Numbered from the stretch's first letter, positions 1 through 10,087 are shown. The stretch: DNA of 64,000 nucleotides from Sphingomonadales bacterium (GCA_031406495.1 JANOHL010000061.1:202-64201), one strand, 5' to 3'. Numbers and translations are program-made. The notes: generated from the letters alone by a model not told the origin.

Positions 1-457
1 CCTTCAGCGCCTCGTCGAACCGTCGCATTGCTGCCAGCGCCTTAGGCCGGTTGCTCTCACCATATTCGGTATATTGCGGCACCACGACGCGCGCAGTGAA
101 CGGGTGCGTATGCATCCAGAGTTGTGCAATCGGGTTCATCAGCGTCAGTTCGACGCGCCTGATCCACATGTCGATTTCGGCCATTTCCACCGGACCTGTT
201 CCAAACAAGGGCGGATCGGGGTTGAGCACCTCGAAATAGCGGCAGATCGCGATGCTTTCGCCAATCATCCTGCCATCGTCCAGTTCGAGCACGGGCAGCT
301 GACCGGGCGGATATTTTGCGACGAACTCGGGTGCTTTATGCTCGCCTGCGATGATCGACATTATTTTGGTCGGAACGGTAATTCCCTTTTCCGCCAAATA
401 TATTCGGACGCGGCGCGGGTTAGGGGCCGGGTTCGGGGCGTCGTAAAATGTCGGCAT
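1..457 (-). CDS. Glutathione S-transferase family protein (3' end runs off the window)
   Basis: Manual translation from ATG at 457: MPTFYDAPNPAPNPRRVRIYLAEKGI...GQLPVLELDDG...ESIAICRYFE, a typical GST N-terminal domain. Missing from the ORF track because it is truncated. Confidence 0.9.
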   Translation of the reverse strand, partial: MPTFYDAPNPAPNPRRVRIYLAEKGITVPTKIMSIIAGEHKAPEFVAKYPPGQLPVLELDDGRMIGESIAICRYFEVLNPDPPLFGTGPVEMAEIDMWIRRVELTLMNPIAQLWMHTHPFTARVVVPQYTEYGESNRPKALAAMRRFDEALK

Positions 458-518
458 ATATTACTCCGATTATTGGAAGCGCGGTATCAAGCGCTGAAAC
501 TGTGGGAGGTCGCCGAAC

Positions 519-1793
519 TCAGTCGCCCTTTGGCCCTAAATAGCCCTGACCATAGACGGCCTCACGGATATCATGGTGAAGCGTTCCGTCGAATGGGCGG
601 CTCTGGACGAAATAGACCACCGCCATATCGTTGGCTGGATCGACCCAGAACAACGTCGTCGCAGCACCATCCCAGAAATATTCGCCGACGGCACCGCGAT
701 TCTCATCAGCACTTTGCGGCTGCGAGTGACGGACAGCAAAATTGAAACCGAAGCCAACAGCTCCCTTGCCCGGTAGCCACTGGCGATCGGTTGCCCGCGG
801 ATCGAGATGGTCCGTGGTCATCAGCTTGATCGTCGACGGCTTCAATATCCGCGCACCATCGAGTTCGCCGCGATTGAGTAGCATCCGCGCAAAACGCACA
901 TAGTCGTCCAGGGTCGAAGCGAGGCCATAAGCCCCCGGCTTGAGCTTGTTATCTTGGAAATTGAGCATTTTGTTGACCTCATCCGGGTTGCGGACAAGCT
1001 TGCCATTCTCCTTGTTATAAAGTGCGGCAAAGCGCCCCAAACGGCTGTCCGGCTGGCGCCAGCCAGTGTCCGCCATTTTCAACGGATCGAGGATGTGCTG
1101 CTTCACATAATCGGCATAAGGCTGACCCGAAATCTTCTCGACCAGCAATGCCTGGATATCAACGGCGATGCCATAATGCCAACGCTCACCCGGATGGTAA
1201 AGCAACGGCACGCTGGCAAGCCGTCGGCCCAGCTCGGCCAGTTCATGATCCAACCGTGAAGGATCGGCCTTGGTATAGGCTTCATGCACCGGCGTTTCGC
1301 TGCCCTCACCTGCAAAGCCCGCACTATGGCGCATCAGATCGCGAATATTGATCGGGCGGCTGGCAGCGCTATATTGCGCGACACCGTTCGCATCCTTGCC
1401 CGCGTAGACGCGCATATCGGCAAATTCGGGAAGATAGCGCGAAATCGGATCGTCTAACCCAAACCGCCCCTGCTCCCATAACTGCATCAGCGCAACGCCG
1501 GTCACCGGCTTGGTCATCGAGAATATCTGCACAATCGTATCGCGCGTCATCGGCCGTTTTGTTTCGCGGTCGGCAAATCCGCTGGTGCCGAAATAAACCT
1601 CGCGCCCACCTTTCCAGATCAGCGCCGAGGTGCCGGCGGCGCGGCCATCGGCGACCATCTTGGCGAGCGCCGTGTCGATCCGCGCCTTGTCGATAGTGAG
1701 CGCCTGCTCCCGGCTTACCGGTGCAGCTTCGGCTTGCACCGGCGCAGCCGATGTCAACAATAAGACGCTCAATAATGCTGACCTCAATTGCAT
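519..1793 (-). CDS. Serine hydrolase, beta-lactamase class C/EstB family, with signal peptide
   Basis: SMTK (SxxK) motif, WHY-G (YxN-equivalent), signal-peptide-like N-terminus; start moved to MQLRSALL. Confidence 0.88.
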   Translation of the reverse strand: MQLRSALLSVLLLTSAAPVQAEAAPVSREQALTIDKARIDTALAKMVADGRAAGTSALIWKGGREVYFGTSGFADRETKRPMTRDTIVQIFSMTKPVTGVALMQLWEQGRFGLDDPISRYLPEFADMRVYAGKDANGVAQYSAASRPINIRDLMRHSAGFAGEGSETPVHEAYTKADPSRLDHELAELGRRLASVPLLYHPGERWHYGIAVDIQALLVEKISGQPYADYVKQHILDPLKMADTGWRQPDSRLGRFAALYNKENGKLVRNPDEVNKMLNFQDNKLKPGAYGLASTLDDYVRFARMLLNRGELDGARILKPSTIKLMTTDHLDPRATDRQWLPGKGAVGFGFNFAVRHSQPQSADENRGAVGEYFWDGAATTLFWVDPANDMAVVYFVQSRPFDGTLHHDIREAVYGQGYLGPKGD

Positions 1794-1810
1794 ATTTCTC
1801 TCCGTAATTC

Positions 1811-2257
1811 TCACCCTGCAAGCCACTCCGCCGCGCGATCCTCATCGCTCGTTTTGGCCTCAACCCAAGTTGCAGTCCCGTCGGCGCGGTGTTCTTTTTT
1901 CCAGAAAGGTGCCTCGGTTTTGAGCCGGTCGATAAGGAAGGCGCACGCCTCCAACGCCTCGGCGCGGTGGCTGGCGGCGGTGCCGACCAGCACGATTGCT
2001 TCGCCCACTGCGACCTTGCCAACGCGGTGGATCAGGACGCAACCGAGCAATGACCAGCGCGCCACCGCGTCATCCACCAACGCACTTAGGCTGGCTTCGG
2101 TCATCGCGGGATAATGTTCGAGTTCGATGGCGGTCACGCCGCCATCATCGCGCGCGATACCGGTGAAGCTCGCCACCGCACCGCCGCCCAGCGAGCCAAG
2201 CGGTGCCAGTGCCGCCGCGCCGTCAAACGCTGCATCGGTAACTTCGACGCGGATCAT
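1811..2257 (-). CDS. moaE: Molybdopterin synthase catalytic subunit
   Basis: LEHYPAMT, HRVG, ASHRAEAL and APFWKKE motifs. Confidence 0.95.
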   Translation of the reverse strand: MIRVEVTDAAFDGAAALAPLGSLGGGAVASFTGIARDDGGVTAIELEHYPAMTEASLSALVDDAVARWSLLGCVLIHRVGKVAVGEAIVLVGTAASHRAEALEACAFLIDRLKTEAPFWKKEHRADGTATWVEAKTSDEDRAAEWLAG

Positions 2258-2505
2258 CCGCCGGTCACGGGCGGGAATATCGCCAGTTCGTGCGCACCTT
2301 CAAGCGCGGTGCCTTCCCAAACCATCTGCTGGTCGAGCGCGAAGCGGAGCTTGTCGCGGTTGGCAAAAGCGGCGGCATAGTTCGCATTCTCGTCCGCGAG
2401 CCAATCGAGACAATCCGCCACGGTCAGGACATTCGCAGGCAACACACGGTCCTCTCCATCAACGCCAATCGCCTCCCGCACCCGCGCAAAATAAACGAGC
2501 AGCAC
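2254..2505 (-). CDS. moaD: Molybdopterin synthase sulfur carrier subunit
   Basis: YFARVRE N-terminus and C-terminal FPPVTGG; 4-nt overlap with moaE. Confidence 0.95.
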   Translation of the reverse strand: MLLVYFARVREAIGVDGEDRVLPANVLTVADCLDWLADENANYAAAFANRDKLRFALDQQMVWEGTALEGAHELAIFPPVTGG

Positions 2506-2509
2506 CGGC

Positions 2510-3085
2510 CTAATCCATATGCTTCAGGCCGACGCGCAGATAGTCCCAGCCGGTCAGCATGGTCAGCGCTGCCGCGATCCACAGCAGCGCCAGCGCCGCT
2601 TGCTTGAGCAAGAGCCAGTCGGGCCATACACCCGCCAATATGATCCCACCGAGCGAAACGAGTTGAAACGTCGTCTTCCATTTGGCCAGCGCCGACACCG
2701 GCACCGAAATCTGTAACCCCGCCAAAAATTCGCGTAAGCCCGACACGATAATCTCGCGGAGCAGGATAATCAGCGCCGCGATGACATGCCAGCCATCAAC
2801 GTCACGGGTGAAAACTAGCATCAATATGACTGCGGCGACCATGATCTTGTCGGCAATCGGATCGAGAAAAATCCCGAGCCGCGATACCGCGCCTTGCGCC
2901 CGCGCAAGATAGCCGTCGAAATAATCGGTGATGCCCATCAGGCAGTAAAGGATGAAGGCAAGTGCATAATCGATCGGCAAAGGCTGCACCCCGCCCGGCT
3001 TGGCGCTGGGCCAAAGCAGAAAGACAAGGATCGGCACAGCAAAGATGCGCGACAGCGTCAGGATATTGGGCAGGCTCAGCATCAT
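2510..3085 (-). CDS. pgsA: CDP-diacylglycerol--glycerol-3-phosphate 3-phosphatidyltransferase
   Basis: LPNILT and TDYFDGYLAR...G..LDPIADK CDP-alcohol phosphotransferase motif; usual pgsA-moaD-moaE order. Confidence 0.93.
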   Translation of the reverse strand: MMLSLPNILTLSRIFAVPILVFLLWPSAKPGGVQPLPIDYALAFILYCLMGITDYFDGYLARAQGAVSRLGIFLDPIADKIMVAAVILMLVFTRDVDGWHVIAALIILLREIIVSGLREFLAGLQISVPVSALAKWKTTFQLVSLGGIILAGVWPDWLLLKQAALALLWIAAALTMLTGWDYLRVGLKHMD

Positions 3086-3207
3086 GCTGCGATAGCGTCA
3101 TCCCCCAGCAAAATCACGCAGCTATTTCATGAGGGTCAGAAAAGCGCTTTGCCGCGCCAAGTAGCGCCGCTAAGGCTAACAAAACAGTTGAGAGGGTCTC
3201 GCACATC

Positions 3208-4503
3208 ATGACAACATCACTGTCGTTGCTGAACAAGCGACGCTTTTTGCCGCTGTTCGTAACGCAGTTGCTCGGCGCGTTTAACGACAATTTGTTCAAG
3301 AACGCGATGGTGTTGTTCGTAGTCTACGGCATTTACAATGACGAGGCGACCGAGACGCTGTTCAGCGCGGTGGCGACCGCTGTGTTCATATTGCCGTTTT
3401 TCCTATTGTCCGCGCTCGCCGGGCAACTGGCCGACACGCGCGACAAGGCGCGGATTATCCGGATCGTGAAGTTCTGCGAGATACTGATCATGCTCGTCGG
3501 CGCGATCGGACTGGTGATGGCCTGGTTGGGCTTCGGCATAACGCTGATAGCGATCCCGCTGATGATGCTCGCCTTGTTCGCGATGGGCGTACACTCGACA
3601 TTCTTCGGCCCGATCAAATACGCCATATTGCCACAGCATCTGCATGATGGCGAGGTGCTTGGCGGCACCGGACTGGTCGAAGCTGGCACTTACATTGCGA
3701 TACTTCTCGGAACGATACTGGCTGGCATCATCCCGGTCGAATGGGCAGCCATCGGTGTCGTTTTGACTGCTATTATCGGGTATTTTTCGAGCCGTCAGGT
3801 TCCACCTGCACCGCCGCAGCATTTTGAAACTGGCATCGACTGGCACATCATCCGGTCCTCGGTAACCCTCGTCAGAAGCACGATGCATATCAAAAAGCTG
3901 TTTCTGGCAATCGCCTCGATCAGCTTTTTCTGGACGATTGGGGCGGTGCTGTTCATCCAGTTCCCGCCGCTGGCAAAAAACATATTGGGCGCCGACAAAG
4001 AAGTCGCCAGCCTGTTTCTGGCGGTGTTTTCGATTGGTATCGCCATCGGCTCGGTTGCGATCAACCGCTTACTCAAGGGCCAGGTGTCGGCGCGTTATGC
4101 CCCTGCCAGCGTTATCGTGATGGGGTTGTTTGTCGTTGCTTTCCATATCGTTTGCCGGACTTGGGTGCTCGACAACAATGGCGATTTATACGGTATTGCG
4201 GAATTTGTGCGGCATCCGGGGGCGGTGCCATTGCTGCTGTCGCTGCTCGGGATCGCGGTGGCCGGCGGCATGTTCGTCGTGCCGCTCTATGCGTTTCTCA
4301 CCACCACCGTGCCCAAAGACCAGACCGCACGCACCGTTGCCGCCAACAACATCGTCAATTCGGGCGCTATGGTGGTCGGATCTTTGATCGCGCTGGGGCT
4401 TAGCTTCGCAGGTATTGCGGTCGTCAACCAGTTGCTGCTGGGTGCCGCAATGTGCCTGATTTCGGCCTGGCTCGCCCAACAATTGCACAAGGCTTGCGAT
4501 TAA
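3208..4503 (+). CDS. MFS transporter, LplT/Aas N-terminal-like
   Basis: RRFLPLFVTQLLGAFNDNLFK start, FGPIKYAILPQ motif, about 12 hydrophobic segments. Confidence 0.85.
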   Translation: MTTSLSLLNKRRFLPLFVTQLLGAFNDNLFKNAMVLFVVYGIYNDEATETLFSAVATAVFILPFFLLSALAGQLADTRDKARIIRIVKFCEILIMLVGAIGLVMAWLGFGITLIAIPLMMLALFAMGVHSTFFGPIKYAILPQHLHDGEVLGGTGLVEAGTYIAILLGTILAGIIPVEWAAIGVVLTAIIGYFSSRQVPPAPPQHFETGIDWHIIRSSVTLVRSTMHIKKLFLAIASISFFWTIGAVLFIQFPPLAKNILGADKEVASLFLAVFSIGIAIGSVAINRLLKGQVSARYAPASVIVMGLFVVAFHIVCRTWVLDNNGDLYGIAEFVRHPGAVPLLLSLLGIAVAGGMFVVPLYAFLTTTVPKDQTARTVAANNIVNSGAMVVGSLIALGLSFAGIAVVNQLLLGAAMCLISAWLAQQLHKACD

Positions 4504-4518
4504 AAAGCAGCAACTACC

Positions 4519-4710
4519 TCAAGCAATGAAGGTGGTGAACACCACAAAGAACGCGGTGAAGCTTACCACAAAAAGATGCGTGTCTTCCTTTTTCCACCAG
4601 GACGGCGGCTTGGGCGCGACCAACGCCATATCAAGCGTCGGCGGCGGTAGCATCCGGCGAAAGGGGTGCCCTGCGGCTTCGTTGCGACAAACTAATCTTC
4701 TTTTTAACAT
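4519..4710 (-). CDS. Small hypothetical protein with C-terminal hydrophobic segment
   Basis: 63-aa ORF ending LFVVSFTAFFVVFTTFIA; fills the gap convergent to the MFS gene. Confidence 0.45.
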   Translation of the reverse strand: MLKRRLVCRNEAAGHPFRRMLPPPTLDMALVAPKPPSWWKKEDTHLFVVSFTAFFVVFTTFIA

Positions 4711-4940
4711 GATGAGACGTTAACGATTTGTTAGGCATGATAGCTAGGCCGAAAGGTGGTTAATTCGGGTGCCATTTAAAACTGTCCCAAACTGTGACAT
4801 TTTTCGGTGTATGTTAACTATCACGCCGGTGATCGCGCGTCATGATGTGGTTAGGGTCCAGACCCTAATGCTTGCGCAATGGTCTGGTAGATTATCTGCC
4901 GCTATTAATTGAGAATCGAACGGGCAGGAGTACGATAAAA

Positions 4941-5915
4941 ATGGAACGCGCAGCACAGATCACGGCACAGGGCGGACCTGAGGTTATAAGCTGGATCGAC
5001 GTCGAACTGCCACCGCCCGGTCGCGGCCAGGTGCGAATGCGCAATGCCGCCGTTGGCCTGAATTTCATCGATACCTACCACCGTAAAGGCACCTATCCGG
5101 TCGCCCTGCCGTCGGGCTTGGGCCTCGAAGCGGCAGGTGTCATCGAGGCGGTGGGCGAAGATGTGACCGACTGGCGCGTTGGCGACCGCGTGTGCTGTTT
5201 CGGGCCGACGCTTGGTGCTTATGCCACCGCGCGTAATATCGAAGCGGCATGCCTGTTCCTCATTCCCGACGACATTAGCGACGAAACCGCAGCAGCAGGC
5301 ATATTGAAAGGCTGCACCACCGAATTTCTCGTCGAACGCTGCGCCAAGGTGCAGCCAAAATGGAATGTACTGGTTCATGCGGCCGCAGGCGGCGTCGGGT
5401 TGCTGCTCGTGCAATGGCTGAAGCATGTCGGCGCGAACGTGATCGGCACGGTCAGCACCGAAGAGAAAGCGGCATTGGCGCGGGCGGCTGGCGCAGATCA
5501 TGTCATTCTGTACGGCAAGGAAGATGTCGCAAAGCAGGTCCGCTTGCTGACCGACGGCAGGGGTGTCGAAGTAGTGTTCGACGGCGTTGGCATGGCGACG
5601 TGGGAAACCTCGCTCGACAGCGCAAGGCGGCGCGGAATGATCGTGAACTACGGCAATGCCGACGCGCCGGTGGGCGGGGTCAACCTGAGCATATTGGCGC
5701 AGAAGGGTTCGCTCTATAACACGCGGCCCACACTTTTCGATTATTATGCCCACGCCGCGGAGCGTGCGGCGGGGTCGGACTATGTCTTCGACATGTTCCG
5801 GCAGGGCATCATCAAGGTCAATATCGGCCAGACCTATGCACTGGAGGATGCGGCGCAAGCGCATATCGATCTGGAAGGTCGCAAGACGACCGGTTCGACG
5901 GTGTTGTTAGTCTAA
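4941..5915 (+). CDS. qor: Quinone oxidoreductase (zeta-crystallin family)
   Basis: GLNFIDTYHR, LGLEAAG, HAAAGGVG and KTTGSTVL motifs; start moved to MERAAQ. Confidence 0.88.
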   Translation: MERAAQITAQGGPEVISWIDVELPPPGRGQVRMRNAAVGLNFIDTYHRKGTYPVALPSGLGLEAAGVIEAVGEDVTDWRVGDRVCCFGPTLGAYATARNIEAACLFLIPDDISDETAAAGILKGCTTEFLVERCAKVQPKWNVLVHAAAGGVGLLLVQWLKHVGANVIGTVSTEEKAALARAAGADHVILYGKEDVAKQVRLLTDGRGVEVVFDGVGMATWETSLDSARRRGMIVNYGNADAPVGGVNLSILAQKGSLYNTRPTLFDYYAHAAERAAGSDYVFDMFRQGIIKVNIGQTYALEDAAQAHIDLEGRKTTGSTVLLV

Positions 5916-5964
5916 CCGGTCTCAACAAGCTTGAGCAGAATGCGTCTGTGCGAAAAAAAATCGC

Positions 5965-6717
5965 TCATTTGAACTCTGGCTTGCGTTTCTCAACAAAGGC
6001 GGTGGTGCCTTCGGTGAAGTCGGGTTTGGTAAATGCTTCGGCGAATACGCGCTTGCTGTCGGTGTCCTCCTCGTTTTGTCCTTCCAATATGCGGCGGACC
6101 AACAGTTTGGTCTCCTGCGTGCTATAAGTCGATTTCGCGGCGATCAGACCCGCAAGACCGTTCGGGCTTTCACCGATTTCCTCGATCAAGCCGATACGCA
6201 GTGCCTCTTCGGCTCCGATCAACTGCGCGCTATACAGTAATCGTTTCGCCTGCCCCGGACCAACCAGATCGACGAGCAGCTTGGTATCATGGAGCGGATA
6301 GACCAGCCCCAGATTGGCGGGTGTAATCCCGAAACGTGCCTCCGGCGTAGCAATGCGGAGGTCGCACGCCATCGCAATTCCGCAACCGCCACCGACGCAA
6401 TCGCCGTCGACAAAAGCGATAGTCGGCTTCTTTGCCCGCGCGAGCTCATATTGAGCCCTGTTGATTGCGTTCTGGTTATCCTCACGCCACAAAGCGTTGG
6501 CTTTGTGAGCAATCAGTTCGCCGATATCCGCGCCTGCGCAAAACATCCCTGCTGTGGACGATTGCACCACCAGCACGCGGATCGCCCGGTCGGCCATTGC
6601 GGCGGCGATCAGCACCGGAAACCGCTCCCACATTTCCTGGGTAAACGCATTGCGCTTTTCGGGTCTGTCGATCAGCAAGCGGCCTATCGGGCCATCGCGT
6701 TCGAGCCGCAATGTCAT
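5965..6717 (-). CDS. Enoyl-CoA hydratase/isomerase family protein
   Basis: FCAGADI, GDCVGGG, FGITPANLG and FVEKRKP motifs; start moved to MTLRLE. Confidence 0.92.
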   Translation of the reverse strand: MTLRLERDGPIGRLLIDRPEKRNAFTQEMWERFPVLIAAAMADRAIRVLVVQSSTAGMFCAGADIGELIAHKANALWREDNQNAINRAQYELARAKKPTIAFVDGDCVGGGCGIAMACDLRIATPEARFGITPANLGLVYPLHDTKLLVDLVGPGQAKRLLYSAQLIGAEEALRIGLIEEIGESPNGLAGLIAAKSTYSTQETKLLVRRILEGQNEEDTDSKRVFAEAFTKPDFTEGTTAFVEKRKPEFK

Positions 6718-6934
6718 GCCGGGTCCACGGCTGCCAGATGCTGCGTTATGCTGTGACGGGTTGTGACCCAAACGTCCTGAAGCGCCCTCACGTGGTGAAA
6801 AAACTGTTCTAGCGCCCATATGCGTCCAAGCCTCCCGATATTTCGCCTTTGAAGCCCCGGTGACATCATCATCGGATTACCCTCAATATCGTCTTCATAA
6901 ATCTGGTCAAAATTGGCTTTAGCATGTTTAGCGC

Positions 6935-8032
6935 TTAGCCATCAGCGTTCAGCTCGGGCGCACCAGTTGGCATCCAGGTCTCGCTGACAAAGCGGACCGA
7001 TGGCGCAATTTGGTGAGCGCCGTCATGTTCGACAATCAATCCACGTTCGGCAATATGCGGCTGGTCGAGCGCCTCGCGGAAATCGAGCACGGGCGAAAAG
7101 GCGACGTCCTTGTCACTGAACCACGCGATCCATTCATCACGCGATTTGGTCAGGAATGTTTCGCGCAGAAATTCGACAAGCGCCCCCTGCTGACCAGCCG
7201 GTCGCTCGGCAACGGTGATAAGGTCAGGGCGTTCGAGCGCGGTCATCAAATTCGTAACAAACTTCATCTCGCGCCCGCCAAGCACGACATGCTTGGCGTC
7301 GGCGGTGGTGTAGACCTGATAGAAGGCCGCGCCACCCAGCGAGCGTTGTTGGCTCGAACTTGGCGCTTCGCCACCCGCAATAGCGTCACCCGCAATATGC
7401 GCGCACCATGGCAACAGGCTGTCGAACATTGCGCAGTCGATATAGTCACCTTTCCCACTTTTCTCGCGACCGATCAACGCCATCAGCACAGCCGACAATC
7501 CAGTAAGCCCTGCCGCCATGTCTGCAGACGGCACCCCCGGCACGACCGGTGTGCCCCTGAGCTTGTCGAAGGGCGGTCCGTCATTGACCGAGAGAAAGCC
7601 AGCCATCGCCTGCACCGCCATGTCATGCGCCGGATGATGCGCGAGTTCGCCGGTCTGGCCGAACGCCGAAATCGAGCAGTAGACGATGCGCGGGTTGCGT
7701 GCCGAAACCGTCGCATAATCGAAACCCAGCCGCTTCATTACACCGGGACGAAAGCCCTCGACGAATACATCGGCATCAGCGATCAAATCCCAAAGTCGGG
7801 CTTTGTCGTCGTCGCTTTTCAGATCGAGAACAATGCTTTGCTTGCCGCGGTTGAGGTTGCGGAACCACACCGATTTCCCGCCCTCAAACGGTGCCTGATC
7901 GCGCGCTGGGTCGCCCATAACGGTCTCGATCTTGATGACCTCGGCACCTTGGTCAGCCATCATCATCGTCAGCATCGGGCCGGGCAGAAATACCGACAGG
8001 TCAACGACCTTGATGCCCGACAGCTTGCCCAT
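6935..8032 (-). CDS. CaiB/BaiF family (class III) CoA transferase
   Basis: GIKVVDL...GP, GAEVIKIE, NRGKQSIVLDLK and SISAFGQTG motifs; carries an in-frame REP-like insert (PFDKLRG). Confidence 0.93.
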   Translation of the reverse strand: MGKLSGIKVVDLSVFLPGPMLTMMMADQGAEVIKIETVMGDPARDQAPFEGGKSVWFRNLNRGKQSIVLDLKSDDDKARLWDLIADADVFVEGFRPGVMKRLGFDYATVSARNPRIVYCSISAFGQTGELAHHPAHDMAVQAMAGFLSVNDGPPFDKLRGTPVVPGVPSADMAAGLTGLSAVLMALIGREKSGKGDYIDCAMFDSLLPWCAHIAGDAIAGGEAPSSSQQRSLGGAAFYQVYTTADAKHVVLGGREMKFVTNLMTALERPDLITVAERPAGQQGALVEFLRETFLTKSRDEWIAWFSDKDVAFSPVLDFREALDQPHIAERGLIVEHDGAHQIAPSVRFVSETWMPTGAPELNADG

Positions 8033-8406
8033 TAGATGACCCCGGATTGCCTCAGTCGGGCAATGCTATCCGCGTCATAACCGATTTCGGCAAGCACATC
8101 GCCGCGCAAATTATTGGCAACAACATGGCTATGCGCAACCAATTTATGCAGGATTTCCTGCCCTGTATCGGTCGCCAGATCGAGCGTCAGCGAGCGTTTG
8201 TTAAGGTTGAAGCTCGGAAAATAGAGGCTCTCGCCCTCACGCAACCAATGCGGCCCGACATGGCGCGCGGTGTCGCCGCCTTTTGGCGGTTCGATTTTGA
8301 TAACGTCCGCGCCGAGCTGCGCCGAAAACATCGTGCCATAAGGGCCAGCGCCATATTGCTCGGCGCTGATTACCCGGAAGCCTTGCAATGGAAGCCGCTG
8401 GCTCAA
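8032..8406 (-). pseudogene. CaiB/BaiF CoA transferase with a large in-frame internal deletion
   Basis: N-terminal motifs (EQYGAGPYG, GADVIKIE, NLNKRSLTLDL, NNLRGD) join directly to a typical C-terminal tail (VLAEIGYDADSIARLRQSGVI). About 124 aa versus ~400 expected. TTG start overlaps the upstream remnant's TGA. Confidence 0.85.
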
Positions 8407-8537
8407 GCGGGGTTCCTCTTTACCCATTGCTTCGAAATAATTATCCGCTGCATTTCATTCGTACCCTCGGCAATGCACATGAACATCGAGTCGCGGTAGA
8501 GCCGTTCGATGTCATATTCCTTTGAGTAGCTATACCC
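8403..8537 (-). pseudogene. 3' remnant of an acyl-CoA dehydrogenase gene
   Basis: Manual translation GYSYSKEYDIERLYRDSMFMCIAEGTNEMQRIIISKQWVKRNPA* matches the ACAD C-terminal signature (GYxxEYxxERxYRD...EGTxExQR). No start or upstream part present. Confidence 0.88.
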
Positions 8538-8581
8538 AATGTAGCAATCCTCTGCCGTATTCGATCAAAAAATTTCTGTAG

Positions 8582-9937
8582 TCAGCACTCGACCACATTG
8601 ACGGCAAGCCCGCCTAGCGAAGTTTCTTTATACTTCGACTTCATGTCTTCACCCGTCTGGCGCATTGTTTCAATCACCGCATCGAGGCTGACAATATGTC
8701 CGCCATCGCCTTGCAGCGCCAGATAGGCGGCGTTGATCGCCTTGATCGCGCCCATCGTGTTGCGTTCGATACACGGGATTTGGACTAGGCCACCAATCGG
8801 ATCACAGGTGAGGCCAAGATTATGCTCCATACCGATTTCCGCCGCGTTCTCGACCTGCGCGTTGGTGCCGCCCAACGCCGCCGCGAGCCCTGCCGCAGCC
8901 ATCGAGCAAGCCACGCCGACTTCGCCCTGACAGCCCATTTCTGCCGCCGAAATCGAGGCGTTGGTTTTGTAGAGAAAGCCGATCGCGGTCGCGGTGGTCA
9001 GCAGCAACCGGCTACCCTCCGGCGTCGCGTTGGCGGTAAACACCTCATAATATTTGAGCACCGCTGGAATTACTCCCGCAGCTCCGTTGGTGGGCGCGGT
9101 TACAACCCTGCCGCCTGCTGCATTCTCCTCATTCACCGCCAGAGCCCAAAGGCTAACCCATTCGAACACCGCCGACGGATCACTGCGCGGCCCGCGCGCC
9201 AACAGCCGTTCATGCAGGCATTTGGCGCGGCGTTTTACGTTTAAGCCGCCGGGCAAGATGCCATCGTTCGAGCAACCACGGACGATGCAATCAAGCATCG
9301 CAGTGCGCACCGCATCGATAAATTCGTGCGTTTCGGCTTCGCTGCGCCACGATGCTTCGTTGGCCTCGACAATGCCGCCGAAAGTCAGCCCGGTAGCGTC
9401 GCCGATTTCCAGCAGCTGCTCACCCGACCCAAAGGGGTGTTTGAGTTCAAAGTTCAGGCGGTGCGCATCGGCATCCATCCGCGAGATGGCCCCGCCACCA
9501 ACGGAGAAATAGGTTTCTTCATAATTGCTGCCATCGGCGTAGGTCGCGGTGAAGCGCATTGCGTTGGCGTGACCCGGCAGAAATTGGCCTTTGTGGAACA
9601 ACAGATGCTGCGTTTCGACAAAGCCGATATCGACCTTGTCCGCCAGCTTCAATGTGTCAGCATTGCGAACAGCCGCCACGATCCCGGCAATTGCATCGGG
9701 GCAAACCCCTTCAGGCGTATAACCAGACAGCCCCAACAAGATCGCGGTATCGGTCGCATGTCCGTGCCCGGTCAGCGCCAGTGAGCCGAACAGCTCGCAC
9801 TTCACCTGCCCTACATCATGCCGGATCAGCGCGCGCTCGGCAAAGTCCCGCGCCGCGCGCATCGGGCCGACAGTGTGCGAACTCGATGGTCCGATGCCGA
9901 TGGTAAATAAATCTGTGATGCTGAGCGCTTGGGTCAT
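8582..9937 (-). CDS. sdaA: L-serine ammonia-lyase (iron-sulfur-dependent)
   Basis: [29 protein letters not shown] and [19 protein letters not shown] motifs. Confidence 0.96.
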   Translation of the reverse strand: MTQALSITDLFTIGIGPSSSHTVGPMRAARDFAERALIRHDVGQVKCELFGSLALTGHGHATDTAILLGLSGYTPEGVCPDAIAGIVAAVRNADTLKLADKVDIGFVETQHLLFHKGQFLPGHANAMRFTATYADGSNYEETYFSVGGGAISRMDADAHRLNFELKHPFGSGEQLLEIGDATGLTFGGIVEANEASWRSEAETHEFIDAVRTAMLDCIVRGCSNDGILPGGLNVKRRAKCLHERLLARGPRSDPSAVFEWVSLWALAVNEENAAGGRVVTAPTNGAAGVIPAVLKYYEVFTANATPEGSRLLLTTATAIGFLYKTNASISAAEMGCQGEVGVACSMAAAGLAAALGGTNAQVENAAEIGMEHNLGLTCDPIGGLVQIPCIERNTMGAIKAINAAYLALQGDGGHIVSLDAVIETMRQTGEDMKSKYKETSLGGLAVNVVEC

Positions 9938-10001
9938 TGACGCTACGGCCTGTAGCAGGCGGACCTTAGATAAAACAACCGCTTTGGCTGCAGTTGAAAC
10001 C

Positions 10002-10083
10002 ATTTGTTGCAGCTTGATTGGAAGCGAATAACCGGTTCCCATCCCCGCCTTCGCGAGGACAGGCTTTATTCGCATCAAGCTGC
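10002..10083 (-). terminator. Hairpin downstream of tRNA-Leu with a REP-like palindrome in its loop
   Basis: GCAGCTTGAT..GCGAATAA / TTATTCGC-ATCAAGCTGC inverted repeat enclosing CATCCCCGCCTTCGCGAGGACA. Confidence 0.5.
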
Positions 10084-10087
10084 TATA

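Noticed and set aside
4703-4725. CtrA box
   Set aside because: TTAA half-sites are 12 nt apart, not 7.
9940-10085. Glycine riboswitch upstream of sdaA
   Set aside because: No recognisable aptamer motifs; the region is explained by the tRNA hairpin and a REP.
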